Source of the DNA: Octopus vulgaris
Taxonomy: Eukaryota
DNA length: 64,000 nucleotides
Assembly (NCBI GenBank): GCA_951406725.2
Contig: OX597814.1
Span: 23,436,001-23,500,000 of the forward strand
Direction: 5' to 3'
This document shows, in pieces, positions 1 to 11,508 of the stretch; within the stretch, counting starts at the first letter, position 1, and each line of letters starts with the position of its first letter. Position numbers and translations under genes: made by a program. The notes beneath the pieces were generated by a model, which did not search any database, was not told the origin of the DNA, and was given only the letters and a program-made list of their open reading frames with translations.

Positions 1-501
1 CCTTTCTTTTCCTCACAGCATTATGTTGGTATGAATATAGCTATTTGTTTTTGATATAGAAGGTGACCTTGTGTAAGTCCCTCCCACCAACCATTCTTTT
101 AAATGAAATATAGGTTTAGCAATCACTTGAAATTTGTATGATCGACATTAGGCATGAATAGCCACCTATAATAAATATCTTCTTAATTGTCATTAAGCAT
201 TTATCCATTAAATATTAGAAGAGTGAAACTAGTATTACACTAATCATGGCCTTCCTTTGTTTTCTTTCATTTACAATGGAGCTAAAGAAAGGAATTTTAA
301 ACTGTCCAAGCTTTTATTTATTCTGTTCAGTACATAGTCATTATGTCTGTAATTGACTTCAACTATTTCTTACAATGTAATGTTTGGTAATGAGACGTTT
401 CCCAAGTTGAATCCAAGTCATTTAACCCTTCTCATATCAACCTGTCTCAGACTAACCCTGGTTCTAAGATACATGTTTTAATGTAATCTAAATTAAAATG
501 T

Positions 502-766
502 GTGGAGGTGTGTGGCTTATTGGGTAGGGCGTCAGCATTATGATCATAAGATTGTGGTTTCAATTCCTGGACTGGGAGATGCGTTGTGTTCTTGAGAAAA
601 AACACTTCATTTCACATTGCTCCAGTCCACTCAGCCGGCAAAAATGAGTAACGCTGCAATGGACTGGCGTTCCGTCCAGCTGGTGGGTGGGGGGAACACA
701 TACACCTTAGAAACCGGGAAACCGGGCCCATGAGCCTGGCTAAACTTGAAAAGGGCGTAAAAAAAA
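502..766 (+). mobile_element. tRNA-derived SINE with CORE-like centre (family C head, tail shared with the element at 60237)
   Basis: A-box-like TGGCTTATTGG, B-box-like GTTTCAATTCC, central TTGTGTTCTTGAG...ACACTTCATTTCAC, A-rich tail. Flanked by a 12-bp direct repeat AAATTAAAATGT (490-501, 767-778). Confidence 0.85.
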
Positions 767-799
767 AAATTAAAATGTACCATAAAAATTTCATCTTTT

Positions 800-1020
800 A
801 TCTCTTTCTTGTTTCATTCATATGACTGTGGCCATACTGGGGCATCACCTTGAAGAACTTTTAGTCAGATGAATCAACTCCAGTTTCTTTAAACCTGTTA
901 CTCATTTTATCAGTCTCTTTTGCTTAACCACTATGTTATGGGGATGTGAAACACCAACACTGGTTGTCAATTGATGGTGGGGGATAAACACAGACGCAAA
1001 GACACACACACACACACATA
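800..1020 (-). mobile_element. 3' half of SINE family B (internal microsatellite)
   Basis: Diverged match to the full copy at 34374-34784 (GACTGTGGCCATACTGG...ACACCAACACTGGTTGTCAA...(CA)n). Confidence 0.75.
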
Positions 1021-1786
1021 TAACGGGTAAATTGTCGCCATTTTATATTTTTAATTTCGTGCATGTGCATTGCTTGTTTTTGATTTTGTCAACTACACAG
1101 AAATTTGTGTAGTTGGCATTCACTCCAGAAACTCCAAAACAAACATTTCAGAGTACTTGGGTGTCAATGAGGACGTACTGAGAGTGATAAAAACCAAACA
1201 TCCAGTCAACATCATGGTGTCTGGAGTGATCACTAGTGATGGCGACATTATGCCTCCACTCATCTTCCTACATGGCCTCACACTTAACATGTAGGCCTAC
1301 ATCAAGTATCTAGAGGAGGGGGCACTGCCCTGGGTCAAGAGGGTGGCTGCTGGAAGGCCCTATATCAGCAAAAGTACTCTGCACCATGCCACACAAACCA
1401 GAGAACCCAGTCAATTTCTGCAACCACATCATCCCTAACATCTGGCCACCTAACTCCCCAGACTACAACCCCCTTGATTATTATGTGTGGGGCGTAATTG
1501 AGCGAGAGACCAACAAAACTCCTTGTAACACCAAAGATGAACTGAAGGCAAGGATTATGGCAGCATTCACCAACTTAAACAAGGAGACCATCCAAGAGTT
1601 GCAGGAGATTCCAAAGTTGTTTGGAGGTTGTGGTTAAAGTCAATGGCGATGTTATTGAATGAATTTACTCTTTAGTATTTTAATATATTTTTATGTACTT
1701 TTGCTAAATATACCTGTTAAAATGAGATGCCAGTGTTATTTTCATTTTGACATAATTCAAACGACAGTTTATTCACTGCACCCTAT
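1021..1786 (+). pseudogene. Internally deleted Tc1/mariner-superfamily transposon (maT/DD37D-like transposase remnant)
   Basis: ORF fragments KTKHPVNIMVSGVITSDG...PLIF and WPPNSPDYNPLDYYVWG...KDELKARIMAAF carry the SPDxNPLD third-Asp motif. Stops and frameshifts present. Right end ...CACTGCACCCTATA sits in a TA context. Confidence 0.85.
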
Positions 1787-3178
1787 ATATGTATGACTCC
1801 AGATTTACATGAAAACTGACTGTTATTTTCGTAAATTGACATTTAAACTTTCCAAATCAGATTCATTCAAAATGCTTTATTTCATTACATTGTTGTGTGC
1901 TAACATTTTAATTCCAAGAATACACTTTTGTAAAAAGACATGCAAAAGTGCATTCTAATTTCTCATAACTGTTTGTTAAAGAAAATTCTGAGCATCTTTT
2001 TGTTTAGTTGGCTGATAAGGCTGCTGGTTCAGTAATTCTAGAAGAATAGAAAGGTTTTCTTTAAAGCACTTTTTCAATGGTTTGTATAAATAATTTCAAT
2101 AATTCTAACAAAATAGTGTCTGGATGTTGAGGTCACTGGAATACAAGAATTTAAGTCAAAGCCATGCAATTTAATCAAGCACAACAGCCAATGTTGCTGA
2201 AAATAAACACCTTCTATACTTTGCTTTATAAATTATCTTTTCCAACAGATCATAGAAAATCCAAACCATGCTGGCATGAAACAATAAACAATAGGAAAAT
2301 GTAATAAAATAATAGAAAAAAAAGATAATAATAAAAAATGAGAACAAGTTTTGAGAAATATTCCATCTTTCTTTTTTGTTGAACATCCAAGAACAAGTCT
2401 CCCATTTGAGAACAGAATTTTATTTCATTTCTAAGTGTAGAAATATTTACCTCTCACAACAGGCAAATTCTTGCTAAATTACACAAAACTTTCACTACAT
2501 AAATCAGCCTTCTTTTGAAACAATAAAAAAAAAACCGAATCTCTCTCTCTCTCACTCTTTCTGTTTCACTTGCTCTATCTCTTTATTGAATATGTGTTAT
2601 ATACACATTGTAAGCAACAGCATGAAAACACAGTTTATTAAGAACATTGAATAATAAATAGTCTGGAGCATTGAATTGTTTTTCCTGATGATTCACAAAT
2701 TCCTGTTTTGTAGTGTTTTTGTTTCATATTCTATTTTGTTTATTAACATTGATGTAATATATTATTCAGTGTGATACCATTAATATTTACTTGGATATTT
2801 TCTTCTTTTTTATATATTTAATACCACATAGACATAAGATTAATTTCACAAGTCCTTCTGAAATTGAAAACTAGATACTAGAAACATGCATAAATATTAC
2901 AAGTTTTGTTGATAATTTTAAATAAATAAATGAATGCAAGCCATACATAGGCAAGAAAGAATTTATGTGGGAATTCTTTCATTGAATAATAATCTAATAT
3001 ACTATACAATACAGAAAGAAGCAAATATAAGAAAGCAAGGCAAAAAACAAAGAAATCCAAAAAGAAATGCTTAGAATAATTTATAAAGAATTTTCCCCAA
3101 AATACAGAAGTGTAATCAGGAGAGTGTGAATAACAATATTTTTATTTTATTTTGATTATTTTACAGTTTTTATATATC

Positions 3179-3210
<32 letters not shown>

Positions 3211-4199
3211 CTTGTGTTAAGGAAGTTGGAAACAGTGTGGTAATTAAAAAAGATGTTGCAGCAAGATATGTAGGATTGAGAAAAACTACAATACAATTAA
3301 AAATTGAGAGGAAATTATTCTTGAAATGTGTTGGTTTGACTAAGACAATGAAAATAGATTATCATAGGTGCAATAAAATTATCAATAATTCTAGGACAAT
3401 TCTCTTCTTACTTTAGTTTAATAATATTTAATTCATGTAAACCAATTTCAGATAGTAATTGTAAAGTTATAATTTGCAGTTCATATTTTTTTATTAACAA
3501 TATTCAGAAGCCAAATGAAAACCATGATATTAGGTAACCAAACAGATACAGAAATATTGAAAGAAATGCTTAGATATACACTCTCAAATTGATGCATATG
3601 AAATATAAATTTATATTCTCACTATGCCATTTGTTTCTAAGTTGGTATAAAGATAATTAGTTAACACATTAAAACAGAGGCATATGGAAGTGAAGCACTC
3701 TGCAATAAAGACATACTTTAGGAGATAACCAAGCTGAATGAAAAGAAGTGTCTGTCAAGAGATTGCAACTATAATTGTAATTAATTTTGACTGAATACAT
3801 AATTCTTCATCTTGTCTCTCCCCCCACTTTCCCTCTCTATCTTTGTGTTCTTATATATATATATATGTAAGTGTATATGTTCTGTGGGTTGTGTGTGTAT
3901 GTATCTTTGCATTTAGTATAATTAAGGTAAAAACCTCATAACATGCATTTAAGAGTTCTTATGCCATTATTTGGCTATCACATGTTATTCTATAGAAGGA
4001 TACTTTCTAGAGCTGCATACACATATAGAACTCTTCTATACATAAGATTAATATAAGAATAATATAATGTGAGGATGGAAGATATCAAGCCTTAGTAGCA
4101 GATCACAACCTTTGTTTCTATACAACACACCAGGTTTAAGTTACTGAGCTTATATTCAAACACCATTATACAAGTTTATTTTTTATAACTGTTATATAT

Positions 4200-4380
4200 T
4201 GTTTTATTCTTTTATTTGTTTCAATCATCTGACTGTGGCTCTGCTTATGTTTTTTACGCCTAATATTTATTCTATAGGTCACATTTCCAAAACTGCTAAC
4301 TTACAGGGATGTAAACACACCAACACCAGTTGTAATGTTGTGATGGCAGGGACAAACACAAAGATACACACGCATCTATA
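4200..4380 (-). mobile_element. Diverged 3' half of SINE family B
   Basis: Similar to 34374-34600 (TTGTTTCAATCAT.TGACTGTGGC...GGATGTAAACACACCAACACC...GGGACAAACAC). Confidence 0.6.
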
Positions 4381-4541
4381 TATACATATATATAAATACT
4401 ACCATTACAACATATATATATATATATATATCTTACCGTCCAACCCATGCGGGCATGGAAAACAGACTTTAAACGATGATGATGATGATATATATATATA
4501 TATATATAACCAAGAAAAAAGCAACAAGAATGGATTCGTAG

Positions 4542-4630
4542 TTTAGTACAATTGTTTCATACTAAGAACAATTTTATTTGAAGCTGCAAATATTGCAGCA
4601 AATACAAATGTCCAGTATTGATCAGCTAAA
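4542..4630 (-). ncRNA. Minimal type I hammerhead ribozyme motif in the Penelope terminal repeat (G8C, probably inactive)
   Basis: Minus strand: TTTAG-CTGATCA-ATACT(long hairpin)AGTAT-GAAA-CAATTG-TA-CTAAA. Stem I TTTAG/CTAAA, stem II ATACT/AGTAT, palindromic loop 3, GUA cleavage triplet. Confidence 0.75.
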
Positions 4631-5630
4631 TCACATATATGTTTTCCAGACATCCTAGAGAGTTTGATTATCCTCATGAAGTATTAGGAGTGAGTTCTAT
4701 GAAATTTACAGTCAAATTATAAGCAGACTTAAAATGCTTTCTAATGATGCACAGTTTTATAAAAAGTTTTTAAAAAAGATTATTAACTTCCCAGAGAAGG
4801 TGAATCCATCCATTAAAATGTAAGTATAATTTCCGGAGACATGAGGAAAGCTGCTGGTCACACGCCGGTTCATTTCACAACTAAGTTGTTGTAAACAGAA
4901 TTTGGTTGTAGAAGCAAGCCCAAATAAAGGACATAATGGGAGGAAGGGAGTAGAGGAGTAAGAAGACATAAATACACCATAGACAAAGGTTGGTTTATTT
5001 CTGTGGTGACACAAAATCTAGGTCAGTGTTGAAGGAATTTTAGATTTATAAAGGAATATTAAGTTTGACCACCACCTGTCAGGAACTGAGGCCCTCACAG
5101 AGTTAATGGTAAAGAATACCGAGAGATCAAAGGAAGACATTAAAGGGGTAAAAGGCTATCAGTAGAGGAAGATACAGTAAGAAAGTTAAGGGTAACACTA
5201 GAATAGAAGGTTATTTATTTATTATTGTTTCTATTTTAACATATGTATATATTGTAAGAAAGAATTTTGGTCAACATCTAGAGGTCAAATTAAGTTCAAT
5301 AGTAAATGGTGGGAGAATTTTTCTTTTTCAAAGTATATAGAGAAATTACTTGTATCTTTAAGGGAATAGTATTACTTATTAAATTTAGAATTGGGGAATA
5401 TTAGCAAAATTTATATGATTTAAGTTAGGTTAATCAAATTGACTATATAGACAATTAAATTAAATTAGCATCGTACAAATACTATTTATTTTTATAATTA
5501 AAAAGGTACAGTTAGAAAGAAGGATCACCAGTGGAAGAGCCAACAGATTTCAATTTAAAATATTTTAGAGTTTTGATTTTTAAGTGAATACCAGACCGAC
5601 CTAGTTAAATACGGTTATTCTATACGATTT

Positions 5631-7699
5631 CTATTTAAAATATTTGAGAGTTTTGATTTTTGAATGAATGCAATACAGGCCTAACTCTATACGGTTATTC
5701 AATAGGTCTTTATTTTTTCTATGTTTTAGAATTTCAGATGTCTCCATGGAGCAGAGTTGGCAACCTACCCTATTATTTTTATAAGGCATTGCCTTTCTAA
5801 CTATTTCCCATTTTAGGTTATATTTAATATTATTAGTTTTGAGTTCCCAGATCTTACTGGAAAGTGTGGTACAGCTAGCTTTATGACGTAACTTAAAGGA
5901 GGAGAGATGATTGCTTATTCTTTGTTTAAATTTTATAGTACAATCCAGATAAAAGAATTTGCTATTCGCAGTAGTTATAGTACATTTATAGATTACATTA
6001 TGGGCCCCACACAGACCAGACGCTGGGCATTTTGACTTAATCCTGAAATTGCAACTAGGGAGATAATTTTCAGATTTAGAATTATTTAAGGATAGATCTC
6101 TCTTATTGCTGCTATTCAAATTATTATGAGTATTATTATCGTTATTATCGATAATATTGTTATCTGAAGTTGTGCTACCATTTATCGATCCGATTATACT
6201 ATCATTTAGATCTACCATAGTCATATCATAATTATCAACATTATTGGTATTGCTATTATTATTGTTTGTTTTAATATCCGAATGCTTAATATATAGATAT
6301 CGTTGTTATCTTCATTTCCGATATTATTTCTATTTGTATTGCTCATATTATTATCATTATTATTATTCCTATTAATATCAATATCATTATTAGTTATTCC
6401 ATTGCTGTTGATGCTGCACTTATTTTGATAATTCTTATTATTGTTGTTATTATTTTTATTTTTATTTTTATCTATGATAATATTATTACAGTTATTATTG
6501 GTATTCATGCTGGAATTAGTCTTATTATTCCTGGCTAACTTAATGCTTTTATTATTAATTCTAGCTATTGTAGTGGACATATTTGGGAGGGTTGAGTAAG
6601 AAATCCTAACCGTTCTCTTAGAAATTATTCTATGATACTTATGAGAGGCTGGAAAATGTTTTTCTAGTATTGCTTTGAATTTGCCGTATATATCCGATAA
6701 TATCGCCCAGTTAAAAGGAATATTCAACCAGATTATATCTTCTTTATTATATTTTCTTAAATTAGAGTTAGGGTTAGTTGAATTATTATTGATCCCACCA
6801 TAATCATTATTCTTATGACTATTATTTGTATGCTTTTTAGATTTATCTAAATTAATTTTATCAAAATTACCTATGCTCTGGTCTATATTTTTATTTTTAT
6901 GATTTGGTTTGGACGCTGGATTTGTTGCTATCGTAAATCTATTTTTATTTTTATTACGGGCGTGATCTATGTTTTTGTTTACGTAGTTAATGTGCACTCC
7001 ATTATTAGGGATATGTAAGCTCGCCTTGTCAATAAAGGTGATCTCTTGTTTATATCGTGCGTTAGATAATGCTGTATTATAATGCTTAGAGTGAGAGTTA
7101 AATATATCATTATTCGATGACAATTTGGAAATTCTTAAGGAAATATTTCGAATCAAAGCTTTTATTATATTTGGGGGATGATTAGATAATTTATTTACGT
7201 ATCTAGTGATTTCACCTTCCTTTCTAAATGGGTAATGCAGCTTAGAGTTAAGGTCTAATGTGATATCCAGGACATTGACTACTTTAGTGCCAGGTTCATA
7301 AGTTATGCTAAGGTTAAAATCTTTAAAGAACCTGTTAATTTTCTTTCTAATCCGTTCAATGCTAGATTTATTATTACTAGGAATAACAAACAGAGCATCA
7401 TCCCTATATAGACCACCTTGTAATTCCGGGATTTCCTTTTTTATGCACTTTAATAGATATGCACCTACCAAATTTGTTATCTCAGCCGAATCACTAGAAC
7501 CCATGGGTTTATCAAAATTGTTAGGGGTATCTGCTCTAGTCCATTATTTTCCAAATTCTATAATAATTTTCCTAGCTAATAGTACTATGTCGATTTCATC
7601 TCTAGATATGAGGGAGCGATTCATAGCAAAAATAAGCGATTTATTTAGCAAAATGGGGGAAATACTCGAATAATAATTATTCATATCAAATTGAATAAA

Positions 7700-7700
<1 letters not shown>
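5631..7700 (-). pseudogene. Penelope-like RT-GIY-YIG polyprotein, frameshifted
   Basis: ORFs 7544-7783, 6221-7504 and 5631-6224; frameshifts near ~7545 and ~6290; YIG is mutated to YLD. Confidence 0.9.
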
Positions 7701-7742
<42 letters not shown>

Positions 7743-7744
7743 AG

Positions 7745-7900
7745 ATTGACTTCTTTCAGTCTCCGTCTACCTACCAAATCCATTCACAAGGCTTTGGTTG
7801 TTTTGAGGCTATAGTAGAAGCCACTTACCAAAGTTGCCATGCAATGGGACCGAAGCTGGAAGCATGCAGTTGAGAAACAAGCTTCTTAGCACGCAGCCAT
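7745..7900 (-). mobile_element. 5' half of SINE family B
   Basis: Matches 34635-34784 (CTTCTTTCAGT.TCCGTCTACC...GCTATAGTAGAAG.CACTT.CCAA...CAAGCTTCTTA.CAC.CAGCCA). Confidence 0.75.
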
Positions 7901-8225
7901 GGAATATTTTCCAGCAACAGCTGTGTATGGGCACAGCATGAGGTGGAATACTTCATGAGGAATCCACACATGGTTGTTGCTGAAAAATATGATCTACAAT
8001 TAAAGCCTGATATCTTCCATCCTAGTGTTGTAGTTTTCACATATATATAAAAATTTATATATATATATACACACACACATACACATATATTTCTGCCTCT
8101 CCCTCCCTGAAGCACACAGTAGTGATGAACCCAGCTCACTGGCTCATCCCCACACCGGTGCCCATCCTGCAGTGGCTCAGTGCATGGACGTTGGATCAAA
8201 AACTGTTTTTGCTTGGCAAACACTC

Positions 8226-8457
8226 ATTTCTTATTTCTTTTTTGCCCACAAGGGACTAAACATAGAGGGGACAAACAAGGACAGACAAAGGGATTAAGTC
8301 GATTACATCGACCCCAGGGTGTAACTGGTACTTATTTAATCGACCCTGAAAGGGTGAAAGGCAAAGTCGATCTCGGCGGAATTTTAACTCAGAATGTAGC
8401 GTCAGACGAAATACCGCTAAGTATTTCACCCGGTGTGCTAACAATTCTGCCAGCTCA
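8226..8457 (-). mobile_element. tRNA-derived SINE family A (Meta-domain-like centre)
   Basis: Reverse complement of the 14713-14945 copy. Confidence 0.9.
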
Positions 8458-9266
8458 TTTCTGCTACCTGCCACAGGGCAACAACAGACACATATGACTG
8501 ACACACACACACGCACACACAAACAAATATATATGTGTGTGAGTATGTGTGTGTGTGTGCATATGAAAAGTAAACACAAATAGTATTTAAGATTTATGAC
8601 AGCTGTTCCTCTTGAATTTTTTTATAATGCAGTCATAAAAGATTGCAATATAATATATAATGGTTACAGATGCCAGTACAAGAGTAATTGTCAATATTGG
8701 ATATTATAGCGATATTTAGAGGAGTCTAGGTTCAACCGTTATTATAACTACTATATTTCTAAAATGTTTTGAGCCTGCAAGTTTTCAAAATCATATCAAT
8801 ACCACAATATAAAGTTGATAAGAAGTGGAGACGATGTAATAAGAAAACCAACCAATGACAGAACAGATCAGGTATTTTACCAAGACTTCTCAGACATTAA
8901 ATCATGAGGTAGACTTACCAAAATGTGGACTTCTCAAAATGTGGACTTCCCAATGTGTGGACTCCCCAGATCCATAAAAACACAAAGCTACCACTTGAAA
9001 CTTTGGAGAGCATAGCATTCACTCAATGGAATGGTGTGATCCTGTTAGCAGGAGGAAGTGAGGGTGTCAAGGACAACTGAGTAACTAATGATAAGGGTCA
9101 TAAGTTTCTTAGATAAGGGATGACCAGGAAATAAATAAGTATAGTTATTATCCATGCATGCACTTACTAATGGCTAATTACACTAAAGTATATTGTGCAA
9201 CCTTAACTGAAAAACATGTGTAAAGGAATTGAAATGATAAACCTAACTTTCTATTTTTTATACACA

Positions 9267-9639
9267 CTAGCGTTGCTCGGGTTTGTTTCAACCTTTTAGA
9301 ATTGAAATTTTTTAACAGTAAAACTTTTGCATTATGTAGCTTGTTATTCTCTTTAAGTGAACATTTTTCTGGTTGAAATACACCGAAAAATGGCGACACA
9401 GCAATCAAAAGATCGTAAAAAATAGGGATTTTCATAGAAAAAAGCACCTTTTTGATGTAAATAATTTTTGGTGTTAACATGGTCCGATTTGAATTTTTTC
9501 TTCTACAGAAGGAAAAGCATGCTTTCTATCATACTCTCAATTTTGGTCAACTTGTGCCGCAGGGTCTCAGAGGAGATAGTGTTAGTTGAAGGCTACCAAA
9601 CCTGCCACACACAGACAACTTCAGCTTTATATATATAGA
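9267..9639 (-). mobile_element. Non-autonomous Helitron, copy 1
   Basis: Minus strand begins TC(TATATA..), ends CTAG, inserted between A and T. Homologous along its length to 27663-28053. The second arm of the 3' hairpin is deleted. Confidence 0.85.
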
Positions 9640-10110
9640 TATAAATGTTGTGTTGAACAGTAAATATTTGGAGCTATCATCACAAGCTTTTACCTATGTA
9701 GCATGCAAAATATAGTTCTAATTTGGTAGAATGCAACTTCATCAATATGCTACTGATATGCTGAAGATAGAGATGTATTTGTCCAAGATATGAAATAATT
9801 ATACAACTTCAAGAGGCTATTATGAAATAATACAATACTTAGATTCAACTATAATTTAGAGTTATTATGAACTCAAAGATCTTGACAACACTTACGCCAC
9901 TACACTTTACACAAAACACGCAAACATTTTGCTTACCCTAATACAAATATTGATTGTTCACTCACACATAAAATTATCTGTAAGAGAAAGCACACCTTTG
10001 AAGAGCATACTTAATGTTCAGAATTACAAGTATTCTATGTTATAAGTGCCATAACTGGCCAATATTAGATATACTACACAAGAATATTATAGAATCCTTG
10101 TACAACATAA
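9640..10110 (+). pseudogene. Possible ancient Penelope-like RT remnant
   Basis: Broken translations YLDSTI..., TTLYTKHAN..., LRAYL(M/C)S resemble PLE RT7/thumb motifs. Very degraded. Confidence 0.3.
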
Positions 10111-10707
10111 GCAAAAATCAGTAGCATAAAAGAAAAACAGATAAAATATAATCTATTTTTAATATAATCTGTTTTACAGATAAAATATAATCTATTTAAT
10201 TTCTCCTCTGTATGCAAGGCTTCAAATGTAGGGAATGGACGTAGTCAATTAGATCAACTTCAATATTCAACTGCAGCTTCTTTTATAAACTACAGCAGAA
10301 TGAAGGACAATGTTAATCTCCTCTGTATTTGAAATCCAAACATAAAGTTATGCAGCTAAATACCACCATGCATTTTGTCTTTTGCCTTACCAATTCTATC
10401 GGTCTAACACCCTCGCAACATAAAATATATTAATAGCCCAAATGGAGAATACATACAAAGCAACTGGGAAAATTCTTGTAAAATTAAGAAATGATAACTG
10501 GGGTACTGAAGCTAATGATAGGCCTAAAGTTTTCTAAGCATTCATAGGTATTGTTTTGTGCTATTAAACATGTGTAAGTGATGTCTATAATATTGTCAAG
10601 AAGTATATTGTGTATATAATATTGTCAAGAAGTATATTGTGTTCTATATTTAACAGATGAGGAATTATGTACATTATTTACATTCAACAGATATTTGTCC
10701 TCATCTT

Positions 10708-11450
10708 CATCATCATCATCATCATCATCATCCTCATCATTTAAGATCCGCTTTCCATACTAGCATGGGTTGGACGATTTGACTGAGGACTGGCAAACTA
10801 GATGGCTGCACCAGGCTCCAATCTGATCTGGCAGAGTTTCTACAGCCGGATGCCCTTCCTAACGTCAACCAGTCTGAGAGTGTAGTGGGTGCTTTTACAT
10901 GCCACTGACACGAGGGTCAGGCAGGCAGTACTGGCAACAGCCATGCTCAAATGGTGTTTTTTACGTGCCACCTGCACAGGAGCCAGTTCAGCGACACTGG
11001 CAACGACCTCACTTGAATGTTTTTTCACATGCCACCAGCACAAATGCCAGTAAGGCGACGCCGGTAACGATCACGTTCAAATGGTGCTTTTTACATGCCA
11101 CTAGCATGGAAGCCTGTTAGCTGCTCTGACAAAGATCACGCTCAGATGGTGCATCAGATGATGCCAGTCATCGAATTTGATATCAATTTCAATTTCACTT
11201 GCCTCAACAGGTCTTTGCAAGCAGATTTTAGTGTCCAATGAAGGAAAGCCCTGGCATAGGTCATGAGGTTATGGTCTCACTTGGCTTGCTGGGTCTTCTC
11301 AAGCACAGCATATTTCCAAAAGCCTCGGTCACTAGTCATTGTCTCAGTGAGGCTTAATTTTCAAAGGTTGTGCTTCACCACTTCATCCCAGGTCTTCCTG
11401 GGTCTACTTCTTCCACAGGTTCCCTCAACTGCTAGGGTGTGGAACTTTTT
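10708..11450 (-). mobile_element. RTE-clade LINE 3' fragment (ORF end, 3'UTR minisatellite, (ATG)n tail)
   Basis: Minus-strand translation ...GRSRPRKTWDEVVKHNL..LSLTETMTSDRGFWKYAVLEKTQQAK*; ~64-bp tandem units at 10889-11150; (CAT)n at 10708-10740. Confidence 0.9.
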
Positions 11451-11464
11451 CTTGTTTGTTGTTA

Positions 11465-11508
11465 ACACAACGTTTCAGTTGATACACTCTCCAGCCTTCT
11501 TCAGGTGT
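11465..11508 (-). ncRNA. Minimal type I hammerhead ribozyme motif (stem II partly decayed)
   Basis: Minus strand: ACAC-CTGAAGA-A-GGCTG-GAGAGTGTAT-CAACT-GAAA-CG-TT-GTGT. Confidence 0.65.

Larger units (their letters stand above)
4508..7700 (-). mobile_element. 5'-truncated Penelope-like retroelement (Naiad-like) with RT, Asn-rich linker, GIY-YIG endonuclease and 3' terminal repeat
   Basis: Three minus-strand ORF pieces join by frameshifts: FIQFDMNNYYSSI (RT3), MGSSDSAEITNLVG...GLYRDDAL...VLDITLDL...YVNKLSNHPP (RT4-7/thumb), and CNFRIKSKCPASGLC...VIYKCT...YLDCTIKFKQRISNH...CQLC...LNNR.E...CIH (GIY-YIG). Flanked on both sides by (TA)n. Confidence 0.92.

Noticed and set aside
421-490. TTAACCC-starting piggyBac-like MITE end
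   Set aside because: No matching right TIR/TTAA found.
4660-4720. Plus-strand CTCATGA...GAAA motif; CCTCATGAAGTATT also recurs inverted near 7947-7960 inside a small hairpin
   Set aside because: Core G5 is missing and stems are poor; a 14-bp match is not enough to claim an inverted pLTR.
5631-7504. Selenoprotein-type recoding reported for some Naiad elements
   Set aside because: No in-frame TGA at conserved Cys positions is visible; the ORF breaks are frameshifts.
9755-9806. CTGAAGA...GAAA-TAATTA-TA motif
   Set aside because: No convincing stem I or stem II; likely chance in AT-rich DNA.
10586-10642. Short local tandem duplications (also ~8920, 10137, 13570, 19955, 52905, 63015)
   Set aside because: Ordinary slippage or repair duplications with no shared motif.
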